Source of the DNA: Octopus vulgaris
Taxonomy: Eukaryota
Assembly: GCA_951406725.2 (NCBI GenBank)
Contig: OX597816.1
Coordinates: 142,166,001 to 142,230,000 of the forward strand
Direction: 5' to 3'
DNA length: 64,000 nt
Below are positions 35,838 to 49,042 of the stretch, in pieces. Both the position numbers and the translations under genes were made by a program. The first letter of the stretch is position 1. Each line of letters starts with the position of its first letter. The notes beneath the pieces are model-generated. The model saw nothing but the letters and a program-made list of their open reading frames with translations, was not told where the DNA came from and did no database searches.

Positions 35838-38800
35838 CATACACATTTCAAAGTACATGTTATATACACAGTCATGCTTCACGTATACAAACAGTGGTCA
35901 TTTCATTGGATTATTCATAATTTTAAACATGTTTTTCCTGTTTGAAATATTTGTTTTTATGTTACTAAGTAGTAATGACTTCTCTTTATAACACCAACCA
36001 ATGCTATAAAACCTGAGATTGATTCTTTTATTTCTGGATATATTGAAGCAACATAACATCACAGGATTAATCCAGGACTAAGGAGGCTAGTGAGGGTCTG
36101 CAGTGACAATTACTCCATAGGAGAGTTCATACAAGAGTTTGATAAATGGAACTACTGACAACATTTCTATCTTCCTTACTCTGAAATAAAGGGTATAAAT
36201 ACAATATATTAGATTCCTTATTCCTCACAACAATTAAACTTGTGAAACTATTCGACAAACTCTCCTAGTTATACAGTGATGACAACTTGATTTGAAACTT
36301 ATAATCCAAAGGTCACAATACTTTAAGAATTAAACTACACCATGTTTGATTTTTTTTTTTTTGTGTAGATTTTTTTTCTTTTCTTTTTAGACTAACTAGC
36401 TGGAATTGTATGCTGTCTTCAAAATTACAACAGTTTTGATTCGAATTGGTATTCTAATTAATGAACCTTTTGAAGAAAGCATTTTCCATTTCTTTTCCTT
36501 TGTATCTTCTTGTTTGCATTTTTGTGATAGTAGACTATGTTTTATAATTAGCCATAACACTTATCATTTGACTGGTTGGTAAAATGTCTGATAGCAATCT
36601 AGCTGGTGATGTTTCCAAGTGCACTGTGTCTCCAGTGAATCCATTTAATCAACTATTACAAATATATTTTGAAAATCTGATTTGAATATGTTAAAAGTAA
36701 AGCAGTAAGCACCAGACCAAATGGAATCAAATGTTTCAATTATTTTGTTCTATATCATGTAGAACATACTAGTTGATACTAGTATCAGGCCTAGTTGGTA
36801 CTTATATGAGTGCCCAGTTTAAAAATCCTGGTGCTGTAGTATTTACATGACCTAACAAGACTATATTTGATTACTTGACCTACTAGAAATAGCAACAGAT
36901 CTTTAAATTACACCCATTTTGTTATAATCCTAAACATGTAATATCTGAGAGAAGGACAGAGTGATAATGACTAAAATCCCTTTAATCATATGTCTGATCA
37001 GTCAAGGCTGACCTGATACTAAATAGTTACATTAAAAGTGGTAGGATATGAAAAGGAACCACTACATGCTAGAAATGGCAGCCATATCACACTCTTCTGT
37101 CTTAGAAAAATACACTGGATAATATAAACTGAAATACATTTTATTTCTGTTCATATTTGCCTTTTTTTCTATTTGACAAAATACCAACTTGGTAATTCTG
37201 TCATTTAAAATCAAAACATTTTGAAAACATGCTGTATGCAGAAATTAAAATAGCTGTTGAACTTCTAGCTAAATGACCTTAAAGTTGAAATACTCTGAAG
37301 GGATTTTATTTAGTAGTACACTTAATTCTACATTCCTCAATTCACCTAGAAGTCAGGAGTCCAGTACTGTGTCATCTGTGCATGCTACCTTATTTAAAGT
37401 GATATCCCTTCAATTCAACAGAAAGATTTCTCTTTCATCCACTTATTGAATCTGGTCTTTAAAAGCTGTTTGAAAATTAAAAGACAAATCAAATCATAAG
37501 GGTTTTTTTATGTGAAAGTCATTAATTCTGCTTCCTTAAAAATCACCTCCACAAACCAAGAGCAACCTTTATTATTTGGATTTGTTAGAAATGTTTTAAT
37601 TTGTGTTTTCTATGTCTGCAATATTTTTATTTTCATAAGGGTTTGATGTGGAGGGAGTGTCATGTCTTTGAAGAGCAGTGAGATTGATATGGTTGAAGTT
37701 CTCTTTCAACAACTGCTCAGAAAACATAGATGGAAAATGAATTCCAGATGACTAACATTAAGAGGAAGGATGATTGAGAGCTGTGGTTTGTGGAGGGTCT
37801 GGTGGGAAGAGTGTGCAATAAGGGTAATGAAAGTAAAGGCAAAGGACTTGGAAGTGACATGTCAACATTTAGGTCAATGTTGGATTGTGTTGATCAGTGA
37901 CTCTATGCCAAAAGGCCTTTTTTTCTCCTTGCATTTAGAATGTTCACATATCTGCAGCATCAACACCAACTTGATGTGGAAGAAATCTTCCATTGTGGAT
38001 ACTCATTTCAATTTTATAAATTCAGATATAACAAAAAATGTTATTTGTTTGATGTTAAAGGTTCAGTTAACCACACACAACCACTCACCCATAGACTCAT
38101 TGTTTCTTCACTCAGTTTCTTCTGCTATTTTGATAGCGTCTGCTCTTCTGAACTTACAAACTGTGCATCATCCCTCCACACCTGATGTGTTCACTTCCAC
38201 TTATTATTCCTACTTGGTCTCCCCCTCTCTCCCCAAACTCCTTCCTCCCTAGTTTTGAATTTCACTAGAATTGCTACTCCAGTTATGAGGCAGGTCACAG
38301 AGACCATTTGTGTTACAGATGCACAGTAATAGTTAATAGTAAGAATGGTCATGAAATAAATTCATTTAAATTACTAAAAGAATTCTCTCTGTGTAGTTGA
38401 TATAGGTTCTATTATTCAGGTGACCAAATTAGTTGAGGAGGAAGGTATACTGAAAGTATACTAGCTTGAGTGGAAAAAAATGTAGGGAACTATTATTTCT
38501 GTAGGCAAGAAAGGGACTCTCTTTCTGAGTGAAGGGTAAAATGTATATGCTTGTGTACAAAGTGTGATTTTGCAAGGTAGTAAAACATGGACATTAAATG
38601 TGGATGACATGTCAAAGTTGGAAGTTTTTTTTGTTTTTTTTTGTTTTTTTTGAGGGAAGTGTTTCCATTCAGTTAGTTTTGATATAGGTATGTGTGAGAC
38701 TTTCTTTTTTATTCATATCTAGTTTTGAAGAAAAAAAAAAGTAGTAACAATACATTTACAGCAGAATTTAAAAAGAAACAAACAATAACATTAAATTCTT

Positions 38801-40043
38801 TTGTACATGTTTTTATAGAATTTATCTCATTTCAACACAAAGTAAGTAACAATCATACTAATGTTTCATTTATAGTTCCATTAATATAATATCTTGACTA
38901 AAATATTCACCTTGCTCTTCACTGTATTTTACATTTTTTCTGAAAATAGTCATGGTGATGTAAAAGGTACATGCTCACACTCATCCTACATCCAAGTTAA
39001 CAAAAGTAATCAATCATGATTTTCACTAGCTGTGAACATTCTGAAGATTCTTTTAGATTTTTCCAAAACTTTCAAACAATGTTTGGTAGACTTCTACTTC
39101 AATCTCCTATGTATTGTTTTCAAAATTGTTATTCTCCATCACTTTTATCATTTATAGTCCAATAAAAATGCCATCTTCCAGTTTTGTATCGATTACAGTA
39201 AAACATTTTGGTGACAAAATTATTCAGTCGTGCTAACTTTGTTGTAATGGCAGAAGCTTTTTTTTTTTAATCAACGAGAGAAAATAAAGTAACCTTTTAA
39301 AATACTGTCAAAATTTATTATAAGATGGTCAAGTTTTTTTATAAACTGTCTCAGCTCTGCTTCTTCCATAGGGAGACAAAACAAAGTTGGTTTGATCACC
39401 TTAATATATGAGTAATGTTACTTTTAAATGAACACCCAAACAATTGGTTTGTGATAATTTACCACTTTTCATATTTCCATTTGTTTTGTTCTATTAACAC
39501 TATATTCTCTGCCTAGAAGACATGACAGAATATAGTGAACCATGAAACACATTTCTCTTTGAACTAGTAACATTCTCCAATCATCTACTTTGCATTTAAT
39601 TCAAGTTTGTTCAATTAGATCTTTGATATTTCATAGTTTGCTTTGCAACAGAATTCTATAAAATATTTATTTCTATATTAGTACTATGTAGTTGTTTTAT
39701 TTTGCAATCTGATTTTTTTTCTCTTAAACTTGATAGTAAATCATATATTAAAAATATTACATAAAAAGTCATCTTAATAAAGTGTTTTCTGTTTCCAGAT
39801 AAATAGCCTATTTATAAGTAATAGCTATATAAGAATGATTCAAAATAAAGAAATGATATACAAGAATTGAAGTTTACTGTAAATTAAAATGTGGGTTTAA
39901 TGACGAAAATAACTAAATGTGCTGTACAATAAATGTAAAAGATGAGAACTGTAAAGAGTGATAAATTAGAAGAACTGGCATTCTTTGCTGCAATATTTTA
40001 AGTAAGATGTTTCTTATTCTTTACTTTACTTAAAGTTATGGTC

Positions 40044-40595
40044 TCACTTGTCCTGCCGGGTCTTCCCACGCACAGCATACTTCCAAAGGTCTCGGTCTCT
40101 GGTCATTTTCTCGGTGAGACCCAATGTTCGAAGGTCGTGCTTCACCACCTCGTCCCAGGTTTTCCTGGGTCTACCTCTTCCACAGGTTCCCTCAACCACT
40201 AGGGTGTGGCACTTTTTCACACAACTGTCTTCATCCATTCTCGCTACATGACCGTACCAGCGCAAACGTCTTTCTTGCACACCACAACTGATGCTTCTTC
40301 TTAGGTCCAACTTTTCTCTCAAGGTACTTACACTCTGTCGAGTATGAAAACTGACATTACACATCCATTGGAGCATATTGGCTTCATTTCTTGTGAGCTT
40401 ACGCATGTCCTCAGCAGTCACGGCCCAAGTTTCACTGCCATGTAGCATGGCAGTTCGTACACATGCGTCATACAGCCTGCCTTTTATTCTGAGCAAGTGA
40501 CCTTTTGTCACCAGCAGAGGTAATAGCTCTCTGAACTTTGCCCAGGCTATTCTTACTCTAGCAGTTACACTTTCAGCACACCCGCCCCAGACATA
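40044..40595 (-). mobile_element. RTE-clade LINE ORF C-terminal fragment, young (open frame)
   Basis: 186-aa ORF ARVRIAWAKFRELLPLL...LYDACVRTAMLHGSETW...RRLRWYGHVARM...GRGRPRKTW, the canonical RTE C-terminus. Confidence 0.92.
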
Positions 40596-40735
40596 CATCA
40601 TCATTGTTTAACATCTGCCTTTCATGCTGGCATGGGTTGGATGGTTTGACCAGAGCTGGCCTGGCAGGAGCCTGCACAGATTTTGTTTTTGCGTTGGATT
40701 TTACAGCTGGATGCCCTTTCTAATGCCAAACACCC
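40596..40735 (-). mobile_element. RTE-associated 3' tail repeat ((GAT)n tail); further copies near 2625, 7565, 7858, 13485, 57650, 59010, 59297
   Basis: CATCATCATTGTTTAACATCTGCCTTTCATGCTGGCATGGGTTGGA...GCTGGATGCCCTT motif recurs. Confidence 0.75.
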
Positions 40736-40814
40736 AATACATACATACATAGGTATTTACACATACAAATTTATATATGTATGTACATATATATTTTTCT
40801 CCTCTTTCTTTTAG

Positions 40815-41005
40815 GTGCTTGGTCTGCTAGTACTCCGAATGGTGAACAATTTCTGGCTATTAACCTTGGTCAGCGTTATATCATTACTGCTGTTGGTACA
40901 CAAGGAAGGCAAGGTACTGAAGAGTATGTTTCTGAGTTCATGTTGGAGACATCTGATGACAATAACACATGGCGGATGTATACAAATGAACTTGGTATTG
41001 ATGAG
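40815..41005 (+). CDS. Nrx-IV: Neurexin IV / CNTNAP homologue, internal exon (discoidin F5/8C core)
   Basis: cttttag| (G)AWSASTPNGEQFLAINLGQRYIITAVGTQGRQGTEEYVSEFMLETSDDNNTWRMYTNELGIDE |gtaggt; 191 nt, phase 1 to 0. Confidence 0.93.
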
Positions 41006-41299
41006 GTAGGTGCTCAAAGAATTGCATATCAGAAATCACTAAACAATACATGGTCTGTTTAGATTGTTGATGTCTTTCACATGCAGCAGTTTTTAAGTTC
41101 TGTCTTGTGTCCTACAATTTTCTGATGATGTTAGTAGCAGGAATTTTGGCAAAAGAGAATTGAAAAGACAGTTTTCAATAACAACATATACTGGGCACTG
41201 ATGCTGGATTTGATAAGTTCTCTCAAGTAAATTAAACTATCTTCAATATCCTTCCTACTTATCTCTTTCTTTTTTCTTTGTCTGAAAAAAAAACTTTTA

Positions 41300-41497
41300 T
41301 TTTGGCAGAAACGTTAGCATGCCAAGTGAAATGCTTAGCGGTATTTTGTCTGTCTTTACATTCTGAGTTCAAATTCTGCCAAGGTCGGCTTTGCCTTTCA
41401 TCCTCTCTGGGTCAATAAATTAAGTACCAGTTTCGTACTGGGGCTGATCTAATTGACACCCCCCTCCCCTAAAATTTTGGGCCTTGTACCTAGAGTG

Positions 41498-41500
<3 letters not shown>
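41300..41500 (+). mobile_element. Second SINE family, full copy
   Basis: GGCAGAAACGTTAGCATGCC...TTCTGAGTTCAAATTCTGCCAAGGTCGGCTTTGCCTTTCATCC...AAGTACCAG; homologous to 29822. Confidence 0.85.
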
Positions 41501-41539
<39 letters not shown>

Positions 41540-41550
<11 letters not shown>

Positions 41551-42037
41551 TCTAGTTGTGTGAGTGTCTGTCCCCTTTGATTTAGATTCCTAACTCCTCC
41601 CACATTTTGCGGTGCAGTTTAACCAAATTCGGGTATCTTATAGTCGTGATTCATATCGAGCCCGTCTGACTATTAGCGCGTCAACGATGAGTCTACGATT
41701 TTAAAAATAATTTAACATCATTTTTTATTCCATTTTAATGCATAAAATGCATCGTATGTCGATGGCGGCGGAGTTGGCATCCATGCTCACAGCTGCACCT
41801 GTTTGCTTCTCCCCTTCCCTCCCTCGTGAAGCTGTGGGGAAGGGAGTGTAAAGAAATCAACGTCGTAATGCGTTGTGAAGGAAACCAGCGTTCTTTTAGA
41901 ACAACGACTTCATGGCTTGAAGACACCAAAACAAAAATGGCTAAGAAAGCCCGAATTTATAAGGGAAGTAACTCTCTAAAAATGCTTATATAGTTATTTC
42001 CCTTACAAACCCGAGCAACGCCGGGCGATACTGCTAG
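41540..42037 (+). mobile_element. Non-autonomous Helitron, young
   Basis: 3' hairpin CCCGAGCAACGCCGGG (42010-42025), then 8 nt, then CTAG|T; 5' TATATAAAACT end merged with (TA)n; CpG-rich. Confidence 0.85.
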
Positions 42038-42070
<33 letters not shown>

Positions 42071-42071
<1 letters not shown>

Positions 42072-42240
42072 GGGGGATAATTCACAAAAAACAAAAGACA
42101 AAGACAGGTGTGGAGAAAACAAACAGATGTATTAGTATAACGCTCGGAAATTGTAAAAGTCTTTAATGTTTCAAGCCTACACTCTTCCACAGAAAGAAAC
42201 AAGGCGAGAAAAAAAAATTGTGTTGTGGCAAGGCACAATA
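42071..42240 (-). mobile_element. Second copy of the TA-embedded repeat (probable Penelope pLTR fragment)
   Basis: Aligns by eye with 34546-34740. Confidence 0.6.
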
Positions 42241-43478
42241 AACATCAAAATAGAAATTTATGACACTCGTTGGTGCCACTTTAGTGTTGTAATTTACCTG
42301 GCCATTTACACTTTAGCATGCTGTCTAACTGTAGCTCTTTACTCAAACTCTAAACCTTAATCCATATCCCAACTCAGGTCAGTTCTCAGCATAGACTATG
42401 GATATTGCAGTAGACCAAGCACTAAAGTAGCACCCACTTTTTTTTCGGGGTGAAGATGTCAAGTGTCCATCAACACTATTTTTTGTTAGAATCTTTTTAA
42501 TGAATACTTTGTGTGTTCTAACTAGTTGCTAGATTGACAGCAAACAGCAGTTATGAGAAATTTTGCTCCTGATTTTTATTGTTAGATTCTTTTCTAAAAT
42601 CATAGTATTTTCTCCAATATTATTTCTAGAATCAATAACTACAAATATTTATGTACATAAAATCTCATTTATATTTCTGTATATACTTGACATTTTCCCC
42701 CTATTTAAGCTAATGTCTGAAATACTATTTAATGAGATAATGTTTACCTTATTGTTGTGGTGTGTGTATGTGTGTGTGTTTTGTCTTGTTGTTGTCCTGG
42801 TATTTTTAATAACAGTATTGAACGTATAATGAATTTTTAATGATTTGAGTAGCTTCATCATAATTCCTAAGCAATTTGTTTAATATTAATTCTATTTGTT
42901 TTTTTTTTTATTTATTTTAATTTAATTTTCAAATAAGAAATTTAGTTAACTGATTATTCAGTGGGGTTTGAAACTAATTTCATAACATCATAACTCTTTA
43001 TTTTTTTTCCTTTGAAATTTGTTTTGTCTATTTTTGCAAACTAGCAAGAGATGTGTGCTCATGTAAATCAAGATATATGCATGAATTGGTGCAGTAATTT
43101 TTCTTAACTTCCTGATTCTATTCGCTACAACATAAATTGAAAGTGTTACTGATTTTAGTTTGCAATGGATGAATAAAGTATTGTATGCCACCTTGTTTGT
43201 TGTAAGGATCAAATTTAACACCTCATTAGCTCTTCTAACTTCCTCTATGAATTTTAAAATGTATTTTTTTTCTTTGCTTACATTGAATTTAAACACAAAT
43301 TGTTTGAGAAGGTTGATACCTTTCATTTGCAATGCCTTTATTATTATTATTATTATTATTATTATACATTCATAGATGATTCAGACTGTTCATTATTTGG
43401 TGCCATCCATATGTACATTCACTTACTCTTATTTCATTTGCCACATATAAGTAAGATAAAGATATAGCTATCGTTTTA

Positions 43479-44143
43479 GTCACAGGCATGACTGTGTGGT
43501 AAGAAGCTTGCTTCCCAACCACATGATTCCAAGTTCAGTCCCACAGCATGGCACTTTGGGAATGCATCTTTTATTTTAGCCTTGAGATGACCAAAGCCTT
43601 GTGAGTGGATCTGGTCAACAGAAATTGAAAGGAGCCTATAACGATTTCATCTTGAGCCCATCTCATTTTGTTATATTTTGGTTCCATTCCTAGCAAGTTT
43701 CTTGCCAGTACATCCAGAGTGGAAGCAATATTATCAATACTGGCTGAAATTGCATTTGACCCTCAGGCTGATAACTGATGAAGAGTTGGTGACCTTCTGT
43801 GTTTTCTATTCACCTGTATATTTAGTATATGTTCATTTATTTATTTACTACATTTTCATATATATATATAGGTATGTCATATTTTCTGTTTGTTTTCTGT
43901 TTAATCCTGAAAATATATATGTATATATCTATGTGTGTGTGTGTGTCTGTGTTTGTCTCCCCATCACAGCTTGACAACTGGTGTTGGTATGTTTTGTCAC
44001 TGTAACTTAGCAGTTCAGCAAAAGAGAACAATAGGATAAGTACTAGGCTTTAAAAAAAAGTCCTCGGGTTGATTTGTTCAACTAAAACCCTTCAAGGCAG
44101 TGCTCCAATATGGCCGCAGTCTAATGACTGAAATAAGTAAAAG
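43479..44143 (+). mobile_element. tRNA-derived SINE interrupted by a ~280-bp insertion (~43640-43920) in its central microsatellite
   Basis: Head 43479-43640 and tail 43930-44143 both match the 20550 copy. Confidence 0.85.
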
Positions 44144-44154
44144 AATATTTTTTA

Positions 44155-44505
44155 TCTTTTACTTGTTTCAGTCACTGGAACTGTGCCCATGCTGGAGTAC
44201 CGCCTTGAACAAATCAACCCCAAGACTTATTTTTTCAAGTGTAGTACTTATTCTATCACCCTCTTTTGCTGAACCACTAAGTTACAGAAGACATAAATGT
44301 TCAAACTGATGCCAGTTGTCGAGTGGTGAGGGTACAAACACTCACACACACTTATGATGGGCTTCCACATAGTTTCCACCTACCAAATTCATTCACAAGG
44401 CCTTGGTTGGCCTGGGGCTAAGTTAGAAGACACTTGCTATAGCTACTGTACAGTGGGTTTGAACTCAAAACAACCATAGTTGCAAAGTGAGCTTCTTAAA
44501 CATTA
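44155..44505 (-). mobile_element. tRNA-derived SINE, inverted, tail-to-tail with the preceding copy
   Basis: TCTTTTACTTGTTTCAGTCA... is the reverse complement of the SINE tail. Confidence 0.85.
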
Positions 44506-46179
44506 ATTAATTAAATCTAAATTAATTTTCAATTATGGTGGTTGTTTTTGGCTGAAATCAACATAAATTTACTGAATGCTTCCTCAGCAGTGTTATGAAC
44601 TATCTCTTTTAACTCTCATAGCAAGAGAATGTTCAGTTTGTGACTGAAATTAAATTTGGAGGAATTAAACCCAACCTGAACACACTGACTTAATGACTTA
44701 TACTTGTCACCTGGTGATGATTACAATTAAATTAATCCATTTAAAATGTTGCTTTATGAGGAATAACTATATAACATAAATTATAAGATTAACTATTCAA
44801 GAATGTTTCATTTAAATCAAAATTTATTATTATACTTCTAAATTTTTTAGACACACTAATGTCTTATTTCATGAAATGTTGTTCAACCTGAGTGCTATGG
44901 TACCCTGATGTACTACCAATAAGCTCTAGGATTATTGAACTCCAAGGTTTTGAACACTAATCTATATTAGACAATATGAATTTGATCTAAAAGTTATCAA
45001 GTAAAACTATCGCAGTTTGTCACATATTAAATATTGACACCGCAAGTCATATATTTTAATAACATTTATGAAACATTGGTTTATATCTTGTTAGTTTGGC
45101 TATAAACAGGAAGACTTACGCAATCTAGTAAACTTTCTTCACAAATGACTGCCTTACATTGTACTGCTGCTTCTGTTGTGGTTTCCTATTCGTATTTCAC
45201 TATTTTTAGACATTGCAAGCTGAATTCAATAAGTTTAGGGAGGCTTTTCTGCTCCAGCTAAATTGTCATTTGCCAATCAGATGTTTTAAAAAAATAGGAA
45301 AGAATGAATGGAAAGAGGAACATTATTAATAAGCCATTGTTATTGGTATTCATCTCCAGATTAACCTATAATCAAATGCCTTCCAGTTGTAATAATCTCA
45401 TCTTTCTGAAAGTGTAGTACTATATCATCTAATATGTACTGTTCTTATTTAAGCTTTTATATCTGGTGGAGTAACATAAATGTTATATCAAGACATTAAA
45501 TGTCTTGCAATATTTAGTTGCATTTTTTCACATTCTGAGGTCAAGCCCACCTCCACCCTCAGCCAAATTTAGCATCTCATTTCCCTTTGATTTGATTCAT
45601 CTTTTACAAAATAAGAATGCAATGTTAGCTGTAATATATGTTGTATAATTTAGTATTATGTCTTATATTGTTGTAAACAATCTTTTTTTTATGTCTTAGG
45701 TTATAATGCAACTAAGAAAATAGATTGTTTTTCTTGCACAATAGAAGTGTGGAACTTAGTAATGCCAATTTCTTTAATCACTCAGCTCGCACAGTGCCCA
45801 TCTGTTGAGCTTTTTAAAATTTAAAATTTTCAATAAATGGGCAACATTTTGGTTCTTCTGTAATCTCTTGCTTTTCTTATGTCTATTTAAATAATGGCCC
45901 TCAACTGTTTGTTATCAGTTAAAGGAATCCCCATAGAAAGTTGGTCTTAAACTCCTTTGTAATAGGCTAGAGAACTACAATAAATAGGTGAGGGCTGAGA
46001 ACTAAACCCAAGTGGACCCACCTGTCTATTTTCTAAATTTGTTCCTGAACTCATTGCTAATTTTATGAACTGCATGGCCATTACAGGTTCCTTATCTACC
46101 CCATTTCTCCCTAATTTCCTCAGTGGCCACAAAACTAGTGTGGAGCCCTGTCAAAGTCCTTCACCAGCTCAACAGATGT

Positions 46180-46720
46180 TAGGCATAGGAGCTTACTCTC
46201 AGTGTAGAACCAAACTGCATCCTAATCAGTTGTAATATAATTAACTTTTTCAGTAACTTTCATAACCAAGCTCATCAGTTTGACACTCTATAAGTCCTTC
46301 TCTGTAAAGCATTTCTTTGTCCTTGTAGTAGTTGATGATGATACTACTACACCAACAATAAGGTATGACACTTTCCTTGACTACCTGATTGACTATGCAA
46401 GTGACTAGTGTGTGACCATTGCCAGATAGTTTCAGCACTTCTTCTTGATGTTTCAGCTATTTTCCTGATCTTCATCACACTTTTAACTGTATAGCTGTCA
46501 ACTTCAGTGACTGGTCTGCTTTAGCAGTCTTTCTCCCATGCATTCTTCTCATTCAAGAATCTTTTATGATAGTATATCCATGCTTCTTTCTCTACAGCAT
46601 CAGTGAGGATATGTGCACTGCTATCATTATATACACACGTCTTCTCCAAAATGTCTTAGTTCTCTTCAGTGCAATCCAGAACACTTCATGTGTTTGTGTT
46701 TGATTTTTATGTTACAAGGC
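46180..46720 (-). mobile_element. Old RTE LINE fragment (pre-RT and RT N-terminal region)
   Basis: EVLKLSG...VTCIVNQVVKESVIPYCWCSSIIINYYKDK resembles xPxDWxxSxIxxxYKGKG. Confidence 0.7.
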
Positions 46721-46919
46721 ATGCACCATTCTCTAATTTTTACCTTTTCACCTTGTTAAGTATATCCAGAAATATATTTATTTAAGAATATTAGTCATTC
46801 TGCAAAAACAGTTACTAGAAGTGTCTAAGACATAGGCAACATCTTAAACAACTAAAAGAATGAACACAAGATTTCCTGTGATTTCCTCTGGTTATTGCTT
46901 CATCAATTTGTGTTTGTTT

Positions 46920-48080
46920 ATTTATTTTGATTAAGATGTTGTCTGCGTAATTCAATGTTGTCAGTGCTCATTCAGAGAATTAATTCTAACTTTGAAGTGA
47001 TAGAAAATATTAAGTTACTGTGGGTATTATGCTTGGAAGAACTACTTGGGAAGACATTTTCAAAGAATTGAAATAAACATTAAATACAAGCTGTTTAGGA
47101 AATGTCTAAAATGTGTTAAGCCTGTTGGTGGAAAAAATGTGTTTCGTGAGACAAATCTACAAATCTTGGCAGAGTATGGGATATATGGAAATGTATAATA
47201 TTTCACAGCGTCATTCAGCAGCAGGCACTTAGAAAATATTTAGCACTGTCATGTGTTATAGAGCTAGTTGTATCAACAAAATTTTATTCAAACACGTGTT
47301 CAGTTATTGCCAGTTTTAAACATTTGAAGAAGAAATAGAAGCTGAATATAGCAATTTGCTATGCCACACTTCTGTCTGATAACTGAGTAGTTGTAAAGTT
47401 ATCTCAGAATTGTTTTAACTTTGGATGGTGGCTGACATCTTTTGAGTGAAAAAAATCATAGCTGCTATTTCCAAAGGATGAATAGTTGAGGAAATTGGCC
47501 TTCTCGGTTGACTGATTGATGCATTTTAACAAGCTTAACCTTTAATTACAAGGCAAATCTAAACTTGTATGTGACATATACTCTGTAATGAAAGCTTTTT
47601 ACCATAAAATAGCTTTTCACCCCCAGCTAATGATAAATAACTTTAACCATTTTCCCATCTGAAAAAAATACAGCAGATTCTCCACTTCCTTTCAAAGTCA
47701 GTTCAGACATTCTTACTAGTTTTGATGTTTCAGTTTCAACAGCATATTTTAGATGTCAGTGAAAATGCATCATGGAGAAACTTCTGCCAGATCATCAACT
47801 TGATTGGCTTTTATTATTGGCACCCAGATGTAGGCTTTTATAAATAATACCCAGATGAAGGATATAATTCTTTGAAATCTTTTTCAGAGATATTGATAGT
47901 ATTTATTACTACTTATTTATGTGCAAAATACATTTTCAAAGATAAACTATATTGAATCCATTCATAGTTCAGTGCTAATTGGTCACCACTTGCAGTAGGT
48001 TTGGATTACAGGAACCGCAAAATTTAAAATTTAGTTTAACAATATTTTGTCACAAAGAAAGAATTTCATAGTTCATATTG
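46920..48080 (+). mobile_element. hAT (Charlie/GTF2IRD2-like) transposase relic
   Basis: VIQQQAL (HCxxHQxAL), EAEYSNLLCHTSV**LS (VRWLS), LAFSVD*LMHFNKLNL*LQGK and TTYL..FSKI..RS-like dimerisation domain; many stops. Confidence 0.8.
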
Positions 48081-48229
48081 TTTGAGATAGACGGAAGTTT
48101 TTGAAAGTTGTGGGTCATCCCATAAATAATGAGAATTTTTTCAATTGCATGAACTAAAAGTCAAAGGGGGACAGGATGATCTACCTGCATCACCTTGCTA
48201 TAAAAGCAGGTAGTAATTTTACCTTGTGG

Positions 48230-48690
48230 TTATTTTTAGTGTAAGTTTTGAAGAGTGCAGTTCAATTATAACAGTTACACTTTCAAAGTTATAGTGGAAG
48301 TGAAAAGGAGCATATTTGGCATATTTTGCTTTATGAGTTCAATAAAGGTAACAGTATAACAGAACGTGTGAGGAATATTAATGCAATATATGGGGATTGG
48401 ACAATAAGTGTAAGCCAGTGTGAACAGTAGTTCCAGAAGTTCTAAGCCAGAAACTACAGCCTAGAAGACAAGCCTCATCCTGAAAGGATTGTAGAGCTTG
48501 ACAAGGACGTCCTGCAAACCCAAAATCCCACCATAACTGTTGAGGAACTAGCAGAAAAGCTTAAATTTGATCATTCAACCAGTCATTTAAATCAGCACTA
48601 GAAGAAAAACCACCATCTTTGGTTTCAAGACAAAAGGTGTTCTTCCATCAGGATAATGCTCAGCCACATACAGTGAGGATGACATTCCAA
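48230..48690 (+). mobile_element. mariner transposase relic, internally deleted
   Basis: KEHIWHILLYEFNKG...INAIYG...FQKF..NYSLEDKP (HTH) fused to ..KVFFHQDNAQPH (HDNARPH motif). Confidence 0.85.
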
Positions 48691-48900
48691 CACTAAACCG
48701 TATCAAACTTAAAAACATTGATGGAATCAAAATTCTAAAAGTAAATTAAGTAAGTAGACAATAGATGAAGAAATAGGAACCAGTGGTGATGTCATTTTAA
48801 ATAGTGGTACTTCATTGATTTGTTGCTTAATTAGTTAAGGAAATATTTATTTTATGAAAGAATAGCTGTTTCAACAAAAGTATTATTGATTTAATTACAG

Positions 48901-49042
48901 GTATTTATTGCCAATTCAAATGGACATGATGTCAAGAAAAATACCCTCGCATTTCCCATAAGGGCACAATATATCAAATTTCGTCCACAGCGTTGGAGTT
49001 CCTCAATGTCACTGAGGGTAGAAATTTATGGATGTAGTTTTG
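48901..49042 (+). CDS. Nrx-IV: Neurexin IV / CNTNAP homologue, exon (discoidin C-terminus)
   Basis: ttacag| VFIANSNGHDVKKNTLAFPIRAQYIKFRPQRWSSSMSLRVEIYGCSF |gtaagt; 142 nt, phase 0 to 1; LRVEIYGC signature; absent from the ORF track. Confidence 0.95.

Noticed and set aside
37770-38252. 160-aa ORF
   Set aside because: No domain signature or splice support; composition suggests a decayed repeat
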